Shown: piece by piece, positions 16,615 to 24,720 of the stretch
Layout: each line of letters starts with the position of its first letter
Position numbering within the stretch: the stretch's first letter is position 1
Origin: Microcystis aeruginosa NIES-2549
Lineage (GTDB): Bacteria > Cyanobacteriota > Cyanobacteriia > Cyanobacteriales > Microcystaceae
Direction of reading: 5' to 3'
Assembly (NCBI RefSeq): GCF_000981785.2
Contig: NZ_CP011304.1
Span: 1,860,001 to 1,892,000 of the forward strand
DNA length: 32,000 bases
The notes under the pieces: generated by a model
Told to the model about the DNA's origin: nothing
What the model saw: only the letters and a program-made list of their open reading frames with translations
Databases searched by the model: none
Program-made: the position numbers and the translations under genes

Positions 16615-16710
16615 GGTTGACTCCTGATTTGAATGAGCGCGGATATCTTCTGACAAAGGGAGTTTCGCTCCCGTCGCTCAATTCAGTTACGATAGGGATT
16701 GTATTTTTAA

Positions 16711-16998
16711 TCAGTTTGTCTCCCGGAAAGATCTAAAGAAGAGTTCTGCCCTACGATCTCCGAACAATTCCTGGAAATAAGACTCGTCAAATGTTATTTT
16801 GAAAACACCCTCACTATCAGTAACCGCACTGCCAACTAAGTCGATGCAAATCAAGTCCTTATCCCGCGCCTCGACTTGAACTGCAAATAGCCCTTGGCGA
16901 CTATGAAGATCGATAATTTGACCAGAAATTCTAAAGGTTGTTATTTTTTCTCTCCTAAGACATACATTTGGTGCGTTGATGCGCTCCCCCCACTTCAC
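16711..16998 (-). CDS. small transthyretin-like / carboxypeptidase-regulatory-like domain protein
   Basis: FRISGQIIDLHSRQGLFAVQVEARDKD...VGSAVTDSEGVFKITF fits the beta-sandwich pattern. The GTG start overlaps the upstream stop (GTGA). Confidence 0.45.
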   Translation of the reverse strand: MKWGERINAPNVCLRREKITTFRISGQIIDLHSRQGLFAVQVEARDKDLICIDLVGSAVTDSEGVFKITFDESYFQELFGDRRAELFFRSFRETN

Positions 16999-18524
16999 TC
17001 AAAAATCACAAATGCTGCCGCTGGAACCGTAACCAATACTGCCTTCCCATTCCGCGCTGCCACTGTCACCGACTGACCAATCTGCGTCGCGTCCGTCGAG
17101 TAAAGGCAAGTCAACCCATCTCCCGCGCAGTGCAGGTCATTATCGATCGTCACCCAGGCAGTTTTAGGCTGGTCATAATCGGTGTTAATAGCCAGTAGCA
17201 TTTCTTTGCCATCGAAAATCCGGGACCAGGGTACTACCGATCGAATTTGTCCATTCACCATTTCTGGCAAGTTGAAGCGGACTCCGTCATCGGGTGCTGA
17301 AATCGGGCGCAGGTATTGGCGACCCCGCCGCAGCAGGATATTTTGTCGGCGGATTTCTAGGATTTTGGCGAGTTCCCGATAAACCAGATGGTCTTCATTG
17401 AAGAAATGTAGCCCCCTAGTTCGGAACGCTCCAAATTCACCGCCGAACATCGACTCCCGGATATAGCGATCGCTTCCTCCTCGCCCATCGAAACATTGCT
17501 CGCTGCCGTAATAGATGCAGGGAATGCCCAAAGTTAAAGCATTTAAGGCTAAAACATTCAGCACGACTTTCGAGGCATCGGCATCGGCACAGAAACGAGC
17601 TTTCTGATTGCCTTTGCGTACCTGATCGTGGTCGTCAAAGGAAGTCACCATCTTATTGCGGAACCAAATATGAGAACTTTTATTGACCAACTCCGAGTTA
17701 CGGAACAGGCTGAAATATTCGTTGGGATTGCGATATCCCTTGACCAGATATTCCAGCTTATCGGGAATATCATCGATCCCTAAAGCGGCACTGAGTCCGG
17801 TTAATTCCAGAGTTTCGTAGGCTCGTTTGCGTCCGCCGGTAATCTCGCCCAGCAGGAAAAAATTTTCCTTGCCAATGCCTTGGGCAAACTCGCGAATCAC
17901 CGAGACAAAGTAGCGAGTCGCGCCCATGTCCATGTGCTTGACGGTATCAATGCGGAAGCCATCGATATCGGCGTAGGCGATCCAGTATTTATAGGCTTCA
18001 CACAAGTGGCGCAGGGCGGGGGATACTAGGTAATCATCGGCCGAACCGTAGCCGTGATCGATGTCCTTGAGGTCAAAGAAATCTCCTTCCCGGAATTCGG
18101 GGTCATAGTCCCAATTTTTGATGTACCCCTTACGGGTAAAGGTATCGGGAGCCTGCAATTCCACCGGAAATAATGCCCCATCATAATCGGGGGGATTTTG
18201 CGGATCGGGTTTGGTAAAGGGTATGGTAGGACTACCGTTTTTATCATTGAAGCCCTCAACTGGGTACATCTCCCCAGTCCAAGGATGATCCTGTTCTCCC
18301 AAATAGGAAAAGACGTTGCCCGCGTGATTCAAAATGATATCCAAAATCACATAGATGCCGTTGGCATGGGCAGTTTGCACCACTTTCTGCAAGTCCTCGC
18401 GGCTGCCAAAGTGGGGTTCCACCTCTAAAAAATTCTGAATGCCGTAGCCGTGATAGGTTTCCCGAAACCGAACCTGTTTAAAAATAGGGCTAATCCAGAG
18501 TGCCGTCACTCCCAATCGTTTCAA
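16995..18524 (-). pseudogene. GH13 alpha-amylase-family glycosidase, C-terminal 510 codons (gene split by an IS)
   Basis: GVTALWISPIFKQ, DIILNHAG, GFRIDTVKHM, LGEI and SFDDHD are GH13 regions I-IV. The apparent start at 18524 is internal. Confidence 0.85.
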
Positions 18525-18526
18525 AT

Positions 18527-19672
18527 AGACCTCTCCAAAAATTTATAAGTCAGTCACAGCAAGGAAGAGAGGCAGATTAGACCAAGAGTCAAAATTAGCT
18601 CTCAAAACCGATTAATCAGGGTTTGAAGAGACAAAATCCAATTTTGACGGAAAACTATGGCTAATTATAACGTCAATTACTTCCCCTGATTGCTCCCCTT
18701 CTATTACTTCTAAAATTAGCGCACTAATTCTCAACCTTACTAAGCCACAAACGGTCAGTAAAACCGATTTATATCGACTTTTATTTAATCTAAATCTTTC
18801 TTGAACTACTTTAAATACTTTGACAACTCGAATTAAATGCTCAACAAAAATTCGCCGAGATGATAAAACTTTATTTTCTTTAATTTGATTCTCGGTTAAT
18901 TCTCCATTCTTAGGTTTTTTATCAGGAGTTCTGATTTGATTTTCTCCTAGGTAAGCTTTATCTCCAATAAAAGTTTGTTGAGAATCGAATTTGCTTAAAG
19001 TTTGCCGACAGATTTTTATGTCGCTCGTCGGACCAGGTTGACCAATAACTACATCAACAATATCTTCAGCTTTTGGCAAGACAATAAATTGACTTTTTAA
19101 AGTATGTCTTTTTTGCTTTCCCGAATAATATATTTTTTGTTCTTGATAATCGGTCGGCCTCTCCACGGGCTGTTCTGCGCTATCGACAATCAACTCATAA
19201 TCCCTTAATTGTTCAATTATTATTTCCTCTTCTTGGCACTTCTTTATTTGTTCTAACAAACTTGGCGGTAACTCTCCTTCAAAAAGTTTTTGCCAATAGG
19301 TAAAGATATTATGAGCCGTTGATTCACTCACTTGAAATATTAGTCCTAAGATTTGAAAGCTTAGATGATGTCTTAAATAAACCAACATTAGAACAATTTG
19401 TTCCTCTTCTGATAATTTAGGAGGTGTTCCGCTTCCTGGTTGATTAATCCTAATTTTGGTTTTTTCGATTTCTGATTGGTTTTTCCGATGTATAAGTTTT
19501 CCAAGTGCCATCAGTTGTTCTAGTTGTTGGTAGTCAATTCCTAATAGTCTTTTAGTTTGTTTCGGATATTTTTGAATGTATTCCCAAGTGTAGTTTTTCA
19601 TGGCTTTTTTGAGTTACTATTTGTTTTATTATATCCTATATATTGTGATTTAATTAAATTATGGAGAGGTCT
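18527..19672 (-). mobile_element. IS5-family (DDE_Tnp_4/Harbinger-like) insertion sequence, 1146 bp
   Basis: Inverted repeats AGACCTCTCCAAAAATTTA / AGACCTCTCCATAATTTAA. 3-bp target duplication AAT at 18524-18526 and 19673-19675. Excision restores the in-frame sequence ...KIGYLKRLGV... of the amylase. Confidence 0.85.
18612..19601 (-). CDS. IS5-family DDE transposase
   Basis: 329-aa ORF filling the IS. LIVDSAEQPVERP, FIGDKAYLG and RIFVEHLIRVVKVFK resemble DDE_Tnp_4 motifs. Confidence 0.8.
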   Translation of the reverse strand: MKNYTWEYIQKYPKQTKRLLGIDYQQLEQLMALGKLIHRKNQSEIEKTKIRINQPGSGTPPKLSEEEQIVLMLVYLRHHLSFQILGLIFQVSESTAHNIFTYWQKLFEGELPPSLLEQIKKCQEEEIIIEQLRDYELIVDSAEQPVERPTDYQEQKIYYSGKQKRHTLKSQFIVLPKAEDIVDVVIGQPGPTSDIKICRQTLSKFDSQQTFIGDKAYLGENQIRTPDKKPKNGELTENQIKENKVLSSRRIFVEHLIRVVKVFKVVQERFRLNKSRYKSVLLTVCGLVRLRISALILEVIEGEQSGEVIDVIISHSFPSKLDFVSSNPD

Positions 19673-19988
19673 AATAGCCGATTTTGCTCTCTAACCCCTT
19701 GAGCGTCCCCCCCACATATTTTGTCCCCGCCTCGCGCCAGCGAGCGGCATCCGCCTCGGTTTTCACGGCATTTCCCGCATCGGCGGGGCTGTAGGGTAAG
19801 GTTGTTCCACTCTGCACGAAATTCCCCTCGTTGTCCTTGTACCCGTTTTCACGACCATTGGAGAAGCGATCGAGCATCAAGAAATAGAACGCTTGGTCTT
19901 CCCAGGCGATCGGCGACGGGAACAATCCCCCCGCTGGTGATAGGGATGCAAAATTTAGTTGGCTTAAGCCTTGAACGGTTGTTGTCAT
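19671..19988 (-). pseudogene. GH13 alpha-amylase-family glycosidase, N-terminal 105 codons
   Basis: FYFLMLDRFSNG...GGTLKGLESKIGY continues directly into LKRLGVTALWISP at 18523 once the IS is removed. Confidence 0.85.
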
Positions 19989-20340
19989 GGTATTTTTCCT
20001 CTCAATCTTTCAAACTCCTCATTCTGTCCAATGCTCTTTCAATTCCTACTTAAAATGCTTTTTTTTGGGAATGAGGTCGTTGGCTTATTTCCTCCTTTTT
20101 GACCGTCTTCATCTATATTTTTTGACTTTTTGATACCCTTCTTCTAGGGTAAAGTGCAACTATAGTAAAGTGCAGTTAAATTTTCAAAATTTAATTTTTT
20201 AGAGCCTGTCCACTCACTTATTTTTAACAAAAGTTAAGGACTCTCTCTTAAATAGTTTTTGATAAGTTCGATTCTTTATTTTGAATTCCTGGTATCTTTT
20301 GAAGCTACACTTTCAGCGATACCGAGCCGAAGCAATTCTC

Positions 20341-20626
20341 TTAAGATCGAATAATCGCAAAATCGGCAATGCTATTTCCCGTTATCAACCCATCTATCGC
20401 CCGAAAATGCTTGTCATAGCTAAATAAAGCCAGATTATATTGTAGAGCGGTCGCTGCGATCCACATATAGTTAGTGGGAATCGGATTTCCCTTTTTCCTC
20501 AAACCAGAATAAACTCTAGCGTAATATTCGCTGGTATCGCAATCGATCTCGCGTAGCGAGCGCTTTGCGTTCGCAAAACAGTTAATTTTGGATATTTCCC
20601 AAAATTGCTTAAGTTCCCTTCGGTTA
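20341..20626 (-). pseudogene. 5'-truncated PIN-domain (VapC-like) toxin gene
   Basis: The minus-strand frame reads ...DNRRELKQFWEISKINCFANAKRSLREIDCDTSEYYARVYSGLRKKGNPIPTNYMWIAATALQYNLALFSYDKHFRAIDGL...*. It has no N-terminal DTN/DTS segment and no start codon. Upstream it runs into an IS200/IS605 end fragment. Confidence 0.65.
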
Positions 20627-20714
20627 TCCCGTGAAGCGTCAACCCATCCGAAGATCGTTCAATTAAGTTTGTTTGATCTGCCGGTCATCACCGTCCGGCC
20701 CCGGCGGATGTCAA
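20627..20714 (+). mobile_element. IS200/IS605-family right-end fragment
   Basis: About 88 bp homologous, in inverted orientation, to 31454-31547. Ends ...CACCGTCCGGCCCCGGCGGATGTCAA, like the right end at 23690-23723. Confidence 0.65.
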
Positions 20715-20842
20715 ATTGGTCGGTTTTTCATCTCCGAGGTGAAACCGAGGGTTCCTTCAAGCCGATATTTTGAGGTAAAATGTTCGTGGATGTCGAATTA
20801 TTTTAGGGGTTTTAAGAGCTACAGGAGAAATATAGCGGTATA

Positions 20843-21115
20843 ATGAAGATAAAAGAATTCAAGATAATTGCCATGGAATTAGTGACGCTCGATCGAAGTA
20901 GATGTATTCAAATTCCTGAAACTTTGCTGGAACAACTAGGCATTGAATATGATAGTCAATTTCAGGTAGAAGTTCAAGATGGTAAGCTAGTCTTAAATCC
21001 AATTAAGGAAGAGCCAAAGGTTTATTACGAGAATGATGTTTTGGTTGTTGACAGCCAATTGCTAGTTAATACTGAAGCTTTTATCGAGGAGCTTAGACAA
21101 GAAAGAATGAGCTAA
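20843..21115 (+). CDS. AbrB/MazE/SpoVT-type antitoxin (VapB-like)
   Basis: VTLDRSRCIQIPETLLEQLGIEYDSQFQVEVQDGKLVLNPI is the swapped-hairpin AbrB-like pattern. Sits directly upstream of a PIN gene. Confidence 0.7.
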   Translation: MKIKEFKIIAMELVTLDRSRCIQIPETLLEQLGIEYDSQFQVEVQDGKLVLNPIKEEPKVYYENDVLVVDSQLLVNTEAFIEELRQERMS

Positions 21116-21119
21116 TGTT

Positions 21120-21557
21120 GTGATTAAAGTTTTATTCGATACGTCGGTTTTGGTTGCATCTATTTTAGTCAACCATGAACAGCACTCAGCTTGTATTTCT
21201 TGGTTAACCAGAGTTAAACGAGGAGAAATTCAGGGTTATATTGGAACTCATACTCTTGCAGAACTCTACGCAATTTTATCGGCTTTTCCCGCAAAACCTC
21301 GTCTATCTCCTCAATTGGTACAACAATTAATTAAAGAAAATTTAGATTCCTTTGAGATTATTTCCTTAACAAGCGATGATTATAAAGCTGTAATTAATCT
21401 TATGGTAACTTTAAATTTAAGAGGAGGAGCGATTTATGATGCTTTAATTGCTTATGGTTCATTAAAAGCAGAAGTCGATCATTTATTAACTTTGAATCTC
21501 AAGCATTTTATCCGTTTTGGCGGGAGAATAGAGAAAATTTCGATGGAACCGCGATAA
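21120..21557 (+). CDS. PIN-domain toxin (VapC-like)
   Basis: VLFDTSVLVA... at the N-terminus and AIYDALIA later. GTG start 4 nt after the antitoxin stop. Confidence 0.75.
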   Translation: MIKVLFDTSVLVASILVNHEQHSACISWLTRVKRGEIQGYIGTHTLAELYAILSAFPAKPRLSPQLVQQLIKENLDSFEIISLTSDDYKAVINLMVTLNLRGGAIYDALIAYGSLKAEVDHLLTLNLKHFIRFGGRIEKISMEPR

Positions 21558-21725
21558 CCTAACTAGCATATTATAGCGGTAAGCGCTTGAGTGAGATACA
21601 GACCAAGCTTTGCCTAGCATGGTTTATAGCTCGTGATACTGTACCTCATACGACTGCACACCGCTATAAACATCGCCTTCATTATGTCATAATCACGAAA
21701 AAAGACAATTAACCCTAAAAAGCCC

Positions 21726-22097
21726 ATGCTATTAAAATGGTTGAAAATTACAGGATTGAGCTTGATAATATGGAATTTATGTTATTCGGCTGAGAGTCAA
21801 ACCAGTGCAGAAATCTTACGTCCAAGAAGTTGCAGAGTAGAAAGTGAGTTACGTTCGCTTAATAGTAATGTATCAACTTATATTCAGGTGATTAATAGAA
21901 GTTCTTCTTCTGTTAAGGTGTACTGGATAGATTTCAATGGCAAACGTCAGCATTATTTTGACCTTGACCCCTTACAATCCCGTGACCAGCAAACTTATGT
22001 AACTCATCCTTGGCTTATTGCTCAGTCTGGAGCGAACCAACCTTGTATACATATATTCCTACCAATTCCCCAAAAAGGAATTATTATTATAGATTGA
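21726..22097 (+). CDS. secreted VHL beta-domain-like protein
   Basis: Hydrophobic leader. LRSLNSNVSTYIQVINRSSSSVKVYWIDFNGKRQHYFDLDPLQSRDQQTYVTHPWLI aligns by eye with human pVHL [57 protein letters not shown]. Confidence 0.6.
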   Translation: MLLKWLKITGLSLIIWNLCYSAESQTSAEILRPRSCRVESELRSLNSNVSTYIQVINRSSSSVKVYWIDFNGKRQHYFDLDPLQSRDQQTYVTHPWLIAQSGANQPCIHIFLPIPQKGIIIID

Positions 22098-22170
22098 GAT
22101 GTTACAGTTACTCCAGAGAAAACACTGAAGAAGTAGTGCTAATAACTCAAGAACAAAGTCAATATGGGAA

Positions 22171-22351
22171 CTCTCTACTCGCCCTTAGAAATCCGTGAAA
22201 TCGAAACATCATATTTCGCTGTACGCGTCTGGGTTGAACGGCTCTCTACTCGCCCTTAGAAATCCGTTGAATGGAAACTAACCAGTAAGATTCGTCAGCC
22301 GATGGATTCATAGTCTCTCTACTCGCGCTTAGAAATCAGTTGAGCGGTCAA
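22171..22351 (+). CRISPR. degenerate orphan CRISPR-like mini-array (3 repeats of ~37 nt, spacers of 34 and 36 nt)
   Basis: Repeats start at 22171, 22242 and 22315. R1 is CTCTCTACTCGCCCTTAGAAATCCGTGAAATCGAAAC. R2 is CTCTCTACTCGCCCTTAGAAATCCGTTGAATGGAAAC. R3 is more degenerate (CTCTCTACTCGCGCTTAGAAATCAGTTGAGCGGTCAAC). The spacers are unrelated. The GAAAC 3' end suggests plus-strand transcription. No cas genes in the window. Confidence 0.55.
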
Positions 22352-22483
22352 CGGAAGTCAACCCGTCCCACAATAGAGAGGTCATCGCGCCCGATTCCTC
22401 ATCGAAAATTTGGGTCTGAAACCCCGTCGTTCTACGACGGCTTTACTGTTAAATATTAGCGCATTTACACGATATATGCTAGA

Positions 22484-23605
22484 ATGCGAGATATGGAAAA
22501 AGCCTATTCGTTTCGATTTTACCCAACACCCGAACAAGAGTCGCTATTGCGGCGCACTTTGGGCTGTGTAAGATTAGTTTACAACAAAGCTCTCCACGAA
22601 CGAACACAAGCTTGGTATGAAAGACAAGAAAGAGTAGGCTACGCTCAAACTTCTTCAATGTTGACCGATTGGAAAAAGCAAGAAGAATTAGACTTTCTCA
22701 ACGAGGTAAGCTGTGTACCTTTACAACAAGGGTTAAGACACCTACAAACAGCTTTCACTAATTTCTTTGCTGGTCGTACTAAGTATCCTAACTTTAAGAA
22801 AAAACATCAAGGAGGAAGTGCCGAATTTACCAAATCTGCTTTTAAATTTAAAGACAGACAAATCTATTTAGCTAAATGCACAGAACCTTTACCTATTCGA
22901 TGGTCAAGACAAATACCAGAAAGCTGTGAACCAAGCACGGTAACAGTCAGATTACATCCTTCTGGACGTTGGCATATTTCAATTAGATTTGATGACCCAA
23001 CAATCCAGCCATTACCCCCAACTGATAAAGCCATCGGAATTGACTTAGGAATTAGTAGCCTAGTAATTACCAGCGATGGAGACAAGGTATCTAATCCTAA
23101 GCATTTTAAGAAACATTATCAGAGGTTGCGAAAGGCACAAAAAAGCCTTTCTAGAAAACAGAAAGGCTCAAAAAATCGGGAAAAAGCGAGAATCAAAGTA
23201 GCCAAGATTCACGCCAAAATTACTGATAACAGAAAAGACCATTTACACAAGCTAACCACTCAATTAGTCCGTGAAAACCAAACGATTGTGGTTGAGAATT
23301 TAGCCGTCAAGAATATGGTCAAAAACCCCAAGTTATCTCAGGCAATATCTGACGTTAGTTGGGGAGAAATCACTCGACAATTAGCCTACAAATGCCGTTG
23401 GTACGGCAGAAATTACATCGAAATAGATAGATGGTTTCCCAGTTCTAAAAGGTGTAGTAATTGCGGGTATATTGCTGAAAAAATGCCGTTAAATATTCGA
23501 GAATGGGATTGTCCAGACTGTGGGACACACCATGACCGAGATGTTAACGCTAGTAAAAATATTTTGGCCGCAGGGCTTGCGGTGTCAGTCTGTAGAGCGA
23601 CCTGA
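22484..23605 (+). CDS. tnpB: TnpB (IS605 OrfB-type RNA-guided endonuclease)
   Basis: KAYSFRFYPTPEQ start, IGIDLGI (RuvC-I), VVENLAVKNM (RuvC-II), zinc finger CSNCG...CPDCG, and DRDVNASKNI (RuvC-III). Confidence 0.9.
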   Translation: MRDMEKAYSFRFYPTPEQESLLRRTLGCVRLVYNKALHERTQAWYERQERVGYAQTSSMLTDWKKQEELDFLNEVSCVPLQQGLRHLQTAFTNFFAGRTKYPNFKKKHQGGSAEFTKSAFKFKDRQIYLAKCTEPLPIRWSRQIPESCEPSTVTVRLHPSGRWHISIRFDDPTIQPLPPTDKAIGIDLGISSLVITSDGDKVSNPKHFKKHYQRLRKAQKSLSRKQKGSKNREKARIKVAKIHAKITDNRKDHLHKLTTQLVRENQTIVVENLAVKNMVKNPKLSQAISDVSWGEITRQLAYKCRWYGRNYIEIDRWFPSSKRCSNCGYIAEKMPLNIREWDCPDCGTHHDRDVNASKNILAAGLAVSVCRAT

Positions 23606-23723
23606 TGACCAGAACAGAGTAAATCTGTTAAGGCAGGTGCGAAAAATCCTTCGGGAAAGAAGCAGAAACCCAAATCGTGAGGTTTGGGAATCACCGTCCG
23701 TTTACGGCGGTGAGGATGTCAAC
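23580..23723 (+). ncRNA. putative omega/right-end RNA scaffold of the TnpB element
   Basis: The position (tnpB 3' end to the IS right end) fits known TnpB biology. Three stem-loops are visible: AACAGA-GTAAA-TCTGTT, CCCAAA-TCGTGAG-TTTGGG, and CACCGTCCG-TTTA-CGGCGGTG. Stems 2 and 3 are kept with compensatory changes in the copy at 4451-4520. The 5' boundary is not determined. Confidence 0.45.
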
Positions 23724-24156
23724 GCCCTAACCGCTCTAGTGATCGGGGTCTATCAAGCTTCTAGCGCTCCCCTACCCGCAGGATTTCCGACCCCGACCCC
23801 GAACGGACGGATCGAGGTGAAGAACTATCCCGCCTATCGCGCCGCTACTTACCGCTATCGGGGTCAACTTTCCGAGGCGGCGAACCGGTCGTTTTATCCC
23901 CTGTACCAACACATCAGTTCCAACGATATCTCGATGACTGCACCCGTTGAAACCCGTTACCCCGCAGACACGGGAGCGACATCGGGAGAGGCCGAAGTTT
24001 TCTTTCTCTACCGCGACACCGACACTTACCCGAAAGAGGTGGCCGATAATATTCGGATTGAGGATGTACCACCCATGACGGTGGTGAGTTTGGGATTACA
24101 GGGAGGTTACGATTTTGACAGTTACCAACAGGGATTGACCCGACTGAACGAATGGC
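23724..24156 (+). pseudogene. SOUL/heme-binding-like protein gene trimmed at both ends
   Basis: ...RIEVKNYPAYRAATYRYRG...APVETRY...EVFFLYRD...PPMTVVSLGLQGGY resembles SOUL-family proteins. The 5' end abuts the IS605 right end and the 3' end abuts IS1. The track ORF start at 23520 lies inside tnpB. Confidence 0.5.
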
Positions 24157-24179
24157 GGCGTTGCATAATAGAGATATGA

Positions 24180-24581
24180 ATGGAGGAAATCAAAATGCAA
24201 TGCCCTGAATGTAAATCTACCCATATCCGTAAAAATGGCATCAATAAACAAGGTAAACAAAATCATATTTGTGTAACCTGTGGCCGTCAATTTATTAATA
24301 ACTATGAAAAACAGAAAGGCTATGACGAAAAAACGAAGCGAGAATGCCTAACTGCCTATGTTAATGGGATGGGATTTAGAGGAATAGAAAGGCTAAAGGG
24401 AGTTCATCATACGACCGTAATTAATTGGGTAAAATCTGTGGGAGAATTATTGCCAGTCGCCTATGACCCAGAAACAATTCCTGAAGTAGGGGAACTGGAT
24501 GAATTGGAAAACTTTGTTGGCTCAAAAAAAACAAAATCTGGGTGTGGACAGCCGTTGACCACTTTAAAAAAGGAATTTTAG
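24180..24581 (+). CDS. insA: IS1 InsA-like protein (copy 2)
   Basis: Identical to 5900-6301 except for one residue (T to N). Confidence 0.85.
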   Translation: MEEIKMQCPECKSTHIRKNGINKQGKQNHICVTCGRQFINNYEKQKGYDEKTKRECLTAYVNGMGFRGIERLKGVHHTTVINWVKSVGELLPVAYDPETIPEVGELDELENFVGSKKTKSGCGQPLTTLKKEF

Positions 24582-24720
24582 GTTGGGTAATCGGAGACCA
24601 TAGTAGCGAAACGTTTCGCCCATTATGGGAATTAGTTAAGTCTTGGGGATGCTATTTTTATGTGAGTGATGGATGGTCAGTTTATCCATGTTTTATAGCA
24701 GAGGGCGACCATATAATTAG

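Larger units (their letters stand above)
22401..23723 (+). mobile_element. IS200/IS605-family element carrying tnpB only (tnpA deleted)
   Basis: The left end ATCGAAAATTTGGGTCTGAAACCCCGTCGTTCTACGACGGCTTT is the reverse complement of the tnpA 3' end plus hairpin seen at 7112-7156. The right end terminates ...CGGCGGTGAGGATGTCAAC, as at 4451 and 31454. Confidence 0.8.

Noticed and set aside
20140-20190. Direct repeat GTAAAGTGCA x2 upstream of the GH13 gene as an NtcA-like site.
   Set aside because: It does not fit GTA-N8-TAC, and the orientation relative to the minus-strand gene is unclear. The evidence is insufficient.
20713-20775. Possible second ASCH C-terminal remnant next to the IS605 end fragment (frame reading GRFFISEVKPRVPSSRYFEVK).
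   Set aside because: The resemblance to the YAWKLENVR...G.Q.LF.V pattern is faint and the frame is short. It is not supportable without an alignment.
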